Below are positions 1-7,952 of a stretch of DNA of 64,000 nucleotides, one piece after another. Where the stretch lies: assembly GCA_964596065.1 (NCBI GenBank), contig CAZQSM010000001.1:69818-133817 (forward strand). The letters are read 5' to 3'. This DNA comes from an uncultured Chlorobiaceae bacterium. Lineage in GTDB: Bacteria > Bacteroidota > Ignavibacteria > UBA10030 > SZUA-254. Numbering within the stretch: the first letter of the stretch is position 1; the number at the start of each line of letters is the position of its first letter. The position numbers and the translations under genes are program-made. Under the pieces are notes generated by a model. The model worked only from the letters and a program-made list of their open reading frames with translations. It had not been told where the DNA came from and did not search any database.

Positions 1-203
1 GCCCGCCTGCCGAGGGAGACGAAGAGGGCGACAAACCCGGTGAGGACGAATCCGACGATGCCGATCATCGCCAGTATCGCCTTGTTCATCCCGTCGATCA
101 TCGGGCCCTCCGCCTGGCCGTAGCAGGTCGGGCAGGCCTGCGAGGTCGCGGCCGCGCCGACGAGGCAGAGCGCGCAGACGATGGCCAGTTTCCTTCCGCT
201 CAT
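1..203 (-). CDS. Partial small secreted/membrane protein with CPTC motif; N-terminus in window, continues past the left edge
   Basis: ATG (revcomp) at 201-203 directly abuts the stop of the 200..415 ORF. The translation begins MSGRKLAIVCALCLVGAAATSQACPTCYGQ, then a hydrophobic helix. It is the last visible gene of the cox operon. It is absent from the ORF track because it is truncated. Confidence 0.35.
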   Translation of the reverse strand, partial: MSGRKLAIVCALCLVGAAATSQACPTCYGQAEGPMIDGMNKAILAMIGIVGFVLTGFVALFVSLGRR

Positions 204-415
204 CGCGTCCGCGGTCCCGCGAGTGTCCGTGTCCGGCGATAGAACCGGACGCCGTAGATGGCCATCCCGATGGCCGCGGAGAGTGAGAGGAGGGCGGACG
301 CGGCGCTGATGAATCCGCCCTCGTCGAGGAACCGGGAGCCGAGCCAGGCCGCGAACCCGACCGCGAGCGCGGCCGAGCAGGAGACGAACAGGATGTGAAA
401 AAATCTAAGGGACAT
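200..415 (-). CDS. Small two-helix membrane protein, hypothetical (cox operon-associated)
   Basis: 71-aa ORF, two hydrophobic segments. It overlaps the coxIV stop by 11 nt and is followed immediately by the next ORF start. Confidence 0.4.
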   Translation of the reverse strand: MSLRFFHILFVSCSAALAVGFAAWLGSRFLDEGGFISAASALLSLSAAIGMAIYGVRFYRRTRTLAGPRTR

Positions 416-713
416 GTTTATAGATGATCGGATCCGAGGCGGCGAAGAGCGGCAACCACATCAGGACCGCGAAAAAGATGGCGGTCAGGATGAGCGACGC
501 GTAGATCACCTTCTTCTCGGATATGAGGTGCATGAAATAGGATGCCACCAGTCCCGCCTTGACCGTGGCGACGACGAGCGCGACGATGATCGCCTCCCGG
601 ACCTCCAGGTGGAGGTAAGAGACGGCCACGGTGACCATCGTGAGGACGAGCAGCGCGGCGAAGACCGCGATGTACGTCCGGACGTGTTTCCTGATGTCGT
701 GAGCGTGATCCAT
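405..713 (-). CDS. ctaF: Cytochrome c oxidase subunit IV (prokaryotic CtaF/CoxD-like)
   Basis: About 102 aa from internal Met MDHAHDIRKHV, three TM helices, conserved FMHL...E region typical of bacterial COX4. It lies 10 nt downstream of coxIII. Confidence 0.65.
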   Translation of the reverse strand: MDHAHDIRKHVRTYIAVFAALLVLTMVTVAVSYLHLEVREAIIVALVVATVKAGLVASYFMHLISEKKVIYASLILTAIFFAVLMWLPLFAASDPIIYKHVP

Positions 714-723
714 GCCGGTTTCC

Positions 724-1314
724 TTAGAGTAAATAGAGGACTGGAAAGAGGAATATCCACACCAGGTCGACAAAATGCCAGTAGAGCCCCGCGACTTCGA
801 CCCGGTTGGTGAACCGCTCGGGGTCGGTTTTCCACATCCTGCTCCCGGGACCCCAGAGATACCCGTTCACGATCATGCCGCCGATCACGTGGAGGCCGTG
901 CAGCCCCGTGAGAGTGAAGTAGATCGCGTAAAATGTCCCGGTCGACGGGTAGAGATGGTGCTCGAACTTGGCCCCGTACTCGATCGCCTTGATGATGAGG
1001 AATCCGACGCCGAGGAGGAAGGTGAGCCCCATGTAGAGCCGGTATTTCGAAAACGATTGCATCTTGAGGGACGCCCACGACATCACCATCGTGATGCTCG
1101 AGCTGATCAGGACCACCGTGTTGAGCGTCGCCAGGGGGACGTTCAGGATCGAACTGCCGTGCGGCCACTCGGGCGCTCCGACCCTCAGGAGGATGTAGGA
1201 AGTGAAGAGCGCCCCGAACAGCATCACCTCGGAGGCGAGGAAGAGCCAGATCCCGAGTTTCGCGTTGTAGAGGCCGGTGTCGGGCCTGGAATCGGACGTA
1301 TAGGGGATATCCAT
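724..1314 (-). CDS. ctaE: Cytochrome c oxidase subunit III
   Basis: C-terminal 196 aa of ORF 724..2553, from Met MDIPYTSDS. Multi-TM, with GLHGLHVIGG and LYWHFVDLVW motifs characteristic of COX3. The upstream part of that ORF is an out-of-frame shadow over coxI. Confidence 0.85.
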   Translation of the reverse strand: MDIPYTSDSRPDTGLYNAKLGIWLFLASEVMLFGALFTSYILLRVGAPEWPHGSSILNVPLATLNTVVLISSSITMVMSWASLKMQSFSKYRLYMGLTFLLGVGFLIIKAIEYGAKFEHHLYPSTGTFYAIYFTLTGLHGLHVIGGMIVNGYLWGPGSRMWKTDPERFTNRVEVAGLYWHFVDLVWIFLFPVLYLL

Positions 1315-1325
1315 TGGCTCCTGCC

Positions 1326-3221
1326 TTACGATGAGTGATTTTGGGGCGTGAAGTCGGTCCCGGCGCCCGGGATGCTGTACTCGTAGGGGCCGCGGTGCAC
1401 CACCGGGACCACCGCGAAATTCCCGTGCGCCACAGGGGGCGTGGGCGCCGCCGACCAGTCGAGCGTCGTCGCGTGCCAGTGGTTCTCGCCGGCGGCCTTG
1501 CCCGAGCGGAGGCTCAGGAAGAGATTGACGATGAAGACGACCTGGAAGAGCGCCATCGCCCAGGCCCCGACCGACATCCACTCGTTCAGGTAGAGCACGT
1601 CGAGCGCGTGCGCGTACTGGGTCCCGCCGTCGTAGAGCCGGCGCGACACGCCCGCGAGGCCCTGGATCAACATCGGGAAAAAGATGATGTTCATGCAGAC
1701 GAACGAACCCCAGAAGTGGATCTTCCCGGCCCGCTCGTTCAGGACCCGGCCGGTCACCTTCGGGAACCAGTAATAGATGCCCGCGAAGAGCGCGAAAATC
1801 GTGCCCGGAGCCACGACGTAGTGGAAATGGCCGATGACGTAGAGCGTGTCGTGGAGCGCGATGTCCGACGAGGTGAGACCGAGTGGGAGGCCGGTGAGGC
1901 CCCCGATTCCGAACATCGGGAGGAACGCGAGCGCGAAGAGCATCGGCGTGTTGAACCGGATCGAACCGCCGTAGAGGCTCATCAGGAGGACCGAAAGGAC
2001 GATCACCGAGGGTATGGAGATGATCATCGTCGTGGTCTGGAAGAAGGTGCTGATGGCCGTTCCCATGCCCGTCAGGAACATGTGGTGGGCCCAGACGATG
2101 AACGACGTGAAGCCGAGGAAGATGACGGCGTAGACGAGCGATTTGTATCCCCAGAGCGGTTTCCGGGTGTTGTTGGCGATGACTTCCGCCACGATGCCCA
2201 TCGCGGGGAGGATCAGGACGTACACCTCCGGGTGGGCGAGGAACCAGAACAGGTGCTGCCAGAGGAGCGGGCTGCCGCCCCCGGTGTGCTGGAGGAGTTC
2301 GCCGCTGACCACGAGGCCTGAGGGCATGAAGAAACTGGTGCCCGCGAGTCTGTCCATCAGCTGCAGGACGCCGGCCGCCTCGAGTGGCGGGAACGCCAGC
2401 AGGAGCAGGAAGGAGGTGACGAACTGGGCCCAGACGAAAAACGGGAGCCGCATGAAGGTGAGTCCCTTCGCGCGCAGCTGGATGATGGTGACGATGAAGT
2501 TCACCGAGCCGAGGAGTGACGACGTGATCAGGAGGACCATGCCGAGGAGCCACACCGTCTGCCCCGTGGTGGCGATGTTCGAGAGGGGGGGATACGACGT
2601 CCAGCCGGAATTGGCAGCGCCTCCCGGGACGAAGAAGCCCGCGAGCATCACCACCCCGCCCCCGAAATAGACCCAGTAGCTCATCATGTTCAGTTTCGGA
2701 AACGCCATGTCGGGCGCTCCGATCTGAAGAGGCATGACGTAATTGCCGAACGCGCCCACGGCGAGGGGAACGACGCCGAGGAAGACCATGATCGTCCCGT
2801 GCATCGCGCCGAGCGAATTATAAAACTCGGGAAGCATGATACCGTCGGGCATCACCGCCTCGTCGGTCGCGAGCCAGTAGACCAGCCAGCCCATCAGCAG
2901 AAACGTCGTCCCGACGACCGCGTGGATCCCCGCCCGGAGGCGGGAGAACCCGAGGATGATCAGCCCGACGGCGCCGAACGGCAGCGCGAACCGGAGGGCC
3001 GGCATCGGCTGCTCGGGGTAGGCGAGCTGCCACCGCATCATCATCATGAGTGTGAAGCCGAACAGGAGGAAGATCAGCGACGTGAGCCCGTACTGGATGC
3101 CGATGACCTTGTGATCGATGGAGAAGACGTATTTCCGGAGGAAACTTCCCTCGTGGTGCCCTGCGCTGCCGTGGCCGCGGGCGGAGTGGTCCGCCGCGGC
3201 CCTCGAGTGGGGATCGCTCAT
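1326..3221 (-). CDS. ctaD: Cytochrome c oxidase subunit I (A-type heme-copper oxidase)
   Basis: 631 aa, 12+ TM. Motifs GGGSPLLWQHLFWFLAHPEVY (CuB His and cross-linked Tyr), WAHHMF (CuB His-His), GHFHYV (heme His). Confidence 0.95.
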   Translation of the reverse strand: MSDPHSRAAADHSARGHGSAGHHEGSFLRKYVFSIDHKVIGIQYGLTSLIFLLFGFTLMMMMRWQLAYPEQPMPALRFALPFGAVGLIILGFSRLRAGIHAVVGTTFLLMGWLVYWLATDEAVMPDGIMLPEFYNSLGAMHGTIMVFLGVVPLAVGAFGNYVMPLQIGAPDMAFPKLNMMSYWVYFGGGVVMLAGFFVPGGAANSGWTSYPPLSNIATTGQTVWLLGMVLLITSSLLGSVNFIVTIIQLRAKGLTFMRLPFFVWAQFVTSFLLLLAFPPLEAAGVLQLMDRLAGTSFFMPSGLVVSGELLQHTGGGSPLLWQHLFWFLAHPEVYVLILPAMGIVAEVIANNTRKPLWGYKSLVYAVIFLGFTSFIVWAHHMFLTGMGTAISTFFQTTTMIISIPSVIVLSVLLMSLYGGSIRFNTPMLFALAFLPMFGIGGLTGLPLGLTSSDIALHDTLYVIGHFHYVVAPGTIFALFAGIYYWFPKVTGRVLNERAGKIHFWGSFVCMNIIFFPMLIQGLAGVSRRLYDGGTQYAHALDVLYLNEWMSVGAWAMALFQVVFIVNLFLSLRSGKAAGENHWHATTLDWSAAPTPPVAHGNFAVVPVVHRGPYEYSIPGAGTDFTPQNHSS

Positions 3222-3270
3222 GATCTGTCCTGGTAAGGTGACGGGATTGGCGTCGTGATATCGGGGAGGA

Positions 3271-3978
3271 TTACTTTCCCTCGAAGCTGAAGTCGGCGCT
3301 CTTCGTCCCGGTCGCGGGGACGGAGACCTTCATCGTCCTGGTGCCGTATTTTTCGTGCCACGCTTCGATTTCGTAATCGCCGGCCGGCAGATCGGGGATC
3401 GTGAATGTGCCCGTCTCGCCGGACACGGCGTAGAAGGGATGGTCCATCACGCCGACGTAGGCGGCCATCCAGTTGTGGACTTCGCACTTGATCTTCACCA
3501 TCACCTCGGGGCTCGAAAACGACTGCGTCATCTTCATCCCCTTTTTCGGCTGGGCGATGTTGAACTGCTTGCTGTTCTTCGGTAGGGCGTGGACGTTGTG
3601 CAGCGTCTCGTCACTGTTCGTAATTTCGATTTTCTGGTCCACCATCACGCCGAACACGTGGGGGGTGTACTGGCAGCCGCTCTGGTCGAATTTCGCCTTT
3701 TCCTTCGGGGCGGGATATTTTTTCTTCGCGAGGCCGCTCTTGACGTAGACGAAGACATTCGCCAGGGTGCCGTTGGGGTTGATCACCACCTGGTCGGAAA
3801 CCACGTCCTTGCCGGCGTGCATTTTTTCGCATTTCTTGTCGGCCGTCATTTTGATTTTCACCGGGGCCGGCTTCGCGCCTTTGAAGGCGACTTTTCCTTC
3901 AATGGATCCGGCGAGGGCGGCGCCGGCGAACAGCGTGAGGGAGAGAATGAGTGCTGACGGGAACGAAACGTTCTTCAT
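3271..3978 (-). CDS. Secreted cupredoxin-like (putative type-1 copper) protein with C-terminal carboxypeptidase-regulatory-like beta-sandwich; occupies the coxII position
   Basis: Signal peptide MKNVSFPSALILSLTLFAGAALA. Candidate copper ligands H(NVH)...C-E-V-H-N-W-M, an amicyanin-like C-x2-H-x2-M pattern. C-terminal GTFTIPDLPAGDYEIEAWHEKYG resembles CarboxypepD_reg. No TM helices and no CuA (C-x-E-x-C-G-x2-H-x2-M) motif. Confidence 0.5.
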   Translation of the reverse strand: MKNVSFPSALILSLTLFAGAALAGSIEGKVAFKGAKPAPVKIKMTADKKCEKMHAGKDVVSDQVVINPNGTLANVFVYVKSGLAKKKYPAPKEKAKFDQSGCQYTPHVFGVMVDQKIEITNSDETLHNVHALPKNSKQFNIAQPKKGMKMTQSFSSPEVMVKIKCEVHNWMAAYVGVMDHPFYAVSGETGTFTIPDLPAGDYEIEAWHEKYGTRTMKVSVPATGTKSADFSFEGK

Positions 3979-4092
3979 GATGGTGGATCTCCTGAAATGA
4001 TGGAAGAAACCTGTTTTACCCAACTTCCGGGGTTGTCGCAACTGGATGACGGAAGCCGATAACGGCAGATCGAACAGCCTTTATAATATCAA

Positions 4093-4108
4093 ATAAAATC
4101 GATTTTAT
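4093..4108. promoter_or_regulatory. Perfect 16-bp palindrome ATAAAATCGATTTTAT in the AT-rich divergent cox/hppA intergenic region
   Basis: Read directly from the sequence. It lies in an AT-rich stretch (about 4075-4125) of an otherwise GC-rich intergenic region between divergently transcribed operons. Confidence 0.4.
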
Positions 4109-4266
4109 CAACCCCGGGGTCACGTCATGGGCGAACGGGGCGGGAATCGGGATCCCGGACGTCCGACTGTTGCCAATTCCACATTTTTTCATTAGATTCC
4201 TCCCTCTTATATATAGCCACTCTGGATCCTTCACCTCTTACCAACATTATTTAACTCGGAGTCTTT

Positions 4267-6414
4267 GTGGAACTCAGTATCACTCTCGGCTGCAGCGTTT
4301 TCGCTCTCCTCTTCGCGCTCTATCTCTCACGATGGGTCCTCCGCCAGGATGACGGCACTCCGGCGATGCGGACGATCTCCGATGCCATCCGGGAGGGCGC
4401 CGAGGCGTTCCTTTCCAGGCAATACCGGACCATCCTGCTCCTCACCGTGCCGGTGGCCGCGGTCATCTACATCCTCTACGCGTTCATCAGGCCGGCGTCG
4501 CCCCACGACGCCGTTCCGGTGTCCGACCTCGCCCTCTACACGGCGGGGTCGTTCATCTTCGGCGCGATCTGCTCGGGCGTCGCTGGGTACGTCGGGATGT
4601 ACGTCTCCATCCGGGCGAACATCAGGACAGCGTCGGCGGCCCGGACCAGCATCAACCGGGGCCTGCGCATCGCGCTGCGCGGAGGCGCTGTCTCGGGGCT
4701 GTTCGTCGTGGCGATGAGCCTCCTCGGCGTGGGGGGACTCTACCTCCTCCTCTCCAGGCTCGGGGTGACCGACCACGACATCCCGCTCCTGATCGTCGGC
4801 TACGGATTCGGCGCCAGCTTCGTCGCGCTCTTCGCCCAGCTCGGCGGGGGCATCTTCACCAAGGCGGCCGACGTCGGGGCCGACCTGGTGGGAAAGGTCG
4901 AAGCGGGTATCCCGGAAGACGATCCGCGCAACCCCGCGGTCATCGCCGACCTGGTGGGCGACAACGTCGGAGACTGCGCCGGGCGCGGTGCCGATCTCTT
5001 CGAGTCGACCGCCGCCGAAAACATCGGGGCGATGATCCTCGGCGCGACGCTCGCGGCGAACGCCCAATCCCAGATGGGGATCACCTTCGCCGGGGGGGTG
5101 GTAGGGGTAATGCTCTTCCCGCTCGTCGCGCGGGCGTTCGGGCTCCTCGCGTCGATCATCGGCGTGATGGTCGTGAAGACGACCGAGGACGGCGACCCGA
5201 TGGAGGCGCTGAACAAGGGTTTCTACCTGACGACCGTCCTCGCGGCGATCGGGTTCGGCGTCGGCTGTTACTGGCTCCTCGACACCCCCCAGGCCCCGCA
5301 GGCCTGGTGGCATTTCTGGCTCTGCGGCCTCGTCGGGCTTGCGACAGCGATGGCATTCGTGTACATTACCCAGTATTACACCGAATACAAGTATCGTCCG
5401 GTGAAAGAGATCGCAGTCGCGTCACAAACGGGGCCGGCCACGAACATCATCGCGGGGTTCGCCGTTGCGCTTGAGTGTACGGCGCTTCCGGTGATGGTCA
5501 TCTCCGCCGCCATCCTCAGTTCCTACCACATCGGGCTTTCGAGCGGCCTGCCGAACGCCGGGCTCTTCGGCACCGCCGTCGCGACGATGGGAATGCTCGG
5601 GACGGCGGCGTACATCCTCGCCATGGACACCTTCGGCCCGATCGCAGACAACGCGGGGGGCATCATCGAGATGAGCCAGCAGCCCGAGGAGATCAGGAAG
5701 AAGACCGACCGGCTCGACGCCGTCGGAAACACCACGAAGGCGCTGACGAAGGGATACGCGATCGGCAGCGCGGCCCTGGCGGCGTTCCTCCTCTTTTCAG
5801 CGTATCTTGACGAGGTCGAACACTACAATCCCGGATTCGACCGCGTCATCAACATCGCCGAGCCGGAAATCTTCGTCGGTGGACTGCTCGGGGCCATGCT
5901 CATCTTCCTCTTCGCGGCGCTCGCCATCAGGGCCGTCGGGAAGGCCGCGTACTACGTCATCAACGAGGTCCGCCGCCAGTTCAGGGAAAACCCCGGCATC
6001 CTCCAGGGCACCGTCAAACCCGACTACCGGCAGGCCGTGGATATCGTGACGGCCGGAGCCCTCAAGGAAATGGTCCTTCCGGGAATCCTCGTCATCGCGA
6101 CCCCGATCGCGGTGGGCGTCATTTTCAAAATGTTCGGACTCGGCGCCCAGGCAGTGGCAGCCATGCTGATGGTCGGCACGATGGCCGGTATCCTGGTGGC
6201 CACGCTGCTCAATAACGGGGGCGGGGCATGGGACAACGCCAAGAAGTTCATCGAGACGGGCGAGTACGGCGGCAAGGGATCGGACACGCACAAGGCCGCC
6301 GTCGTCGGCGACACGGTGGGTGACCCGTTCAAGGACACGGCGGGGCCCTCCCTCCACGTCGTCATCAAGCTGCTCAGCACGATCACGCTCGTGCTCGCGC
6401 CGTTTTTTCTTTAG
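4267..6414 (+). CDS. hppA: Membrane-bound proton-translocating pyrophosphatase, K+-independent type
   Basis: 715 aa, GTG start. Motifs GDNVGDCAGRGADLFES, DAVGNTTKALTKGYAIGSAAL (Lys in GNTTKA marks K+ independence), GDTVGDPFKDTAGPS. Confidence 0.95.
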   Translation: MELSITLGCSVFALLFALYLSRWVLRQDDGTPAMRTISDAIREGAEAFLSRQYRTILLLTVPVAAVIYILYAFIRPASPHDAVPVSDLALYTAGSFIFGAICSGVAGYVGMYVSIRANIRTASAARTSINRGLRIALRGGAVSGLFVVAMSLLGVGGLYLLLSRLGVTDHDIPLLIVGYGFGASFVALFAQLGGGIFTKAADVGADLVGKVEAGIPEDDPRNPAVIADLVGDNVGDCAGRGADLFESTAAENIGAMILGATLAANAQSQMGITFAGGVVGVMLFPLVARAFGLLASIIGVMVVKTTEDGDPMEALNKGFYLTTVLAAIGFGVGCYWLLDTPQAPQAWWHFWLCGLVGLATAMAFVYITQYYTEYKYRPVKEIAVASQTGPATNIIAGFAVALECTALPVMVISAAILSSYHIGLSSGLPNAGLFGTAVATMGMLGTAAYILAMDTFGPIADNAGGIIEMSQQPEEIRKKTDRLDAVGNTTKALTKGYAIGSAALAAFLLFSAYLDEVEHYNPGFDRVINIAEPEIFVGGLLGAMLIFLFAALAIRAVGKAAYYVINEVRRQFRENPGILQGTVKPDYRQAVDIVTAGALKEMVLPGILVIATPIAVGVIFKMFGLGAQAVAAMLMVGTMAGILVATLLNNGGGAWDNAKKFIETGEYGGKGSDTHKAAVVGDTVGDPFKDTAGPSLHVVIKLLSTITLVLAPFFL

Positions 6415-6558
6415 CACCATCGGGGGACGGGACGTCGCGGCCGTCATGGGACCGGGGCCGCGGATGGACCATCGATAAATCAACACCGTCCGGCGGGGAA
6501 GATCATCCCGTCCGTCCGGCCGCCGGTCCCTGATCACCCTCATATACGGTATGTTCTT

Positions 6559-7158
6559 ATGAACCACATCATCACATTCCTCCGTCGGTTCGTCGTCACG
6601 CTGTCGGCGGCCGTCTGTAGTCTCGTCCTCGCGGCCGGGTGCCAGAAACCGGCGCCCCCCGAACCCTCTCCGGTCGAGCGCGGGAAATATCTGACCACGC
6701 TGATGGGCTGCGAGGATTGTCACTCCCCGAAGGTGATGGATCCGAAGCTCGGACCGGTCCCGGATACGACGAAAACGCTCTCGGGCCAGCCGGTCGACGC
6801 CCCGGTCCCCCAATGGACCCCGGCGGACATGATGACCCGGAACAACGTCGCCTCCACCAACATGCATTTCACCGCCTGGGCGGGCCCCTGGGGGGTCAGT
6901 TTCACGGCCAACCTCACGCCGGACAAGGAAACCGGGCTCGGCGAGTGGACGGAGGAATCGTTCATCCAGGCGATCAGGACGGGTAAGCATCAGGGTCAGC
7001 CGAACGGGAGGGAGATCCTTCCGCCGATGCCCTGGCCGATGATCCGGCAGGCTTCCGACGCCGACCTGAAGGCGATCTGGGCGTACCTCCGGTCTATTCC
7101 GGCGGTGAAAAATCAGGTCCCCCTCCCCGTGCCCCCGCCGGAGGCACCCGCGAACTGA
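6559..7158 (+). CDS. Monoheme c-type cytochrome, lipoprotein
   Basis: Signal/lipobox LVLAAGC; single CxxCH (GCEDCHSP); 199 aa. Its stop overlaps the start of the downstream cupredoxin-like gene. Confidence 0.8.
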   Translation: MNHIITFLRRFVVTLSAAVCSLVLAAGCQKPAPPEPSPVERGKYLTTLMGCEDCHSPKVMDPKLGPVPDTTKTLSGQPVDAPVPQWTPADMMTRNNVASTNMHFTAWAGPWGVSFTANLTPDKETGLGEWTEESFIQAIRTGKHQGQPNGREILPPMPWPMIRQASDADLKAIWAYLRSIPAVKNQVPLPVPPPEAPAN

Positions 7159-7952
7159 TGGCCCCGGGCAACTGGGCCTTCCTGGCGCTCCTGGCCGGGT
7201 CCGTGTCACTCGGCGGTTGCGGCAGGGGAGGCGATGCTTCCCCTGCCCCTGGCGCGGTCCCCGCCCGTGAGGCCGCGGCATCCGGTTCACCTTCCGCGGT
7301 CGCCGGAAGCTTCAGCGGCAGGGTGGTATACGACGGCCCGCGCCCGGCACGCCAGAAATTACTCGTGGTGAAGGACGTCGAGGTGTGCGGAAGGATCGAC
7401 CACCGTGACGACCGGCTCGTGGTCGACGACCGTGGCGCCATCCGTTACGCCGTGGTTTCCGTCCGCGGCGTGGTCAAGAAGTCCAGCGCGTCAGCGGAAA
7501 CGGGCGAATATCTCCTCGACCAGCGCGCCTGCGCCTACGAGCCGCACGTGATCATCGTGCCGGTCGGACGGCCTCTGCGGATCCATAACAGCGACGGGAT
7601 CCTCCATAACGTCCATACCTACAGCACGCTCAACAGGCCGTTCAACCTCGCGCAGCCGAAGGGCCTCCGGATCCTCGAGAAGACGTTCGCCTTCCCGGAG
7701 CGGATCGGCGTACGGTGTGACGTGCACGGCTGGATGAGTTCCTGGGTCATCGTGGTGGAGGACGGCTATAACGCCGTGACCGATGAAACAGGCAGGTTCG
7801 ACATCCAGGGCATACCGCCGGGACGCTACACCGCCGTCTGCTGGCAGGAACAGCTCGGTGAACTCTCCGCCGAAATCGTCGTCGAGGGGGACGGCCCCGC
7901 GTTCCACCATTTTACCTACCACGCTCCGCCGGACCCCGCGGGGCTTAACTGA
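7158..7952 (+). CDS. Cupredoxin-like/CarboxypepD_reg-like lipoprotein, paralog of 3271..3978
   Basis: Shares NSDGILHNVH, C-A-Y-E-P-H-V and C-D-V-H-G-W-M patterns with the cox-linked paralog. Lipobox SLGGC. C-terminal TDETGRFDIQGIPPGRYTAV beta-sandwich motif. The tgATGg start overlaps the cytochrome c stop by 1 nt. Confidence 0.5.
   Translation: MAPGNWAFLALLAGSVSLGGCGRGGDASPAPGAVPAREAAASGSPSAVAGSFSGRVVYDGPRPARQKLLVVKDVEVCGRIDHRDDRLVVDDRGAIRYAVVSVRGVVKKSSASAETGEYLLDQRACAYEPHVIIVPVGRPLRIHNSDGILHNVHTYSTLNRPFNLAQPKGLRILEKTFAFPERIGVRCDVHGWMSSWVIVVEDGYNAVTDETGRFDIQGIPPGRYTAVCWQEQLGELSAEIVVEGDGPAFHHFTYHAPPDPAGLN

Noticed and set aside
1335-2321. 328-aa plus-strand ORF antisense to coxI
   Set aside because: Asp/Glu/Arg-rich low-complexity antisense shadow of a heme-copper oxidase gene.
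5797-7290. 497-aa minus-strand ORF overlapping hppA and the cytochrome c gene
   Set aside because: Arg/Gly/Pro/Asp-rich low-complexity translation, antisense to two well-supported genes. This is a typical GC-rich shadow ORF.
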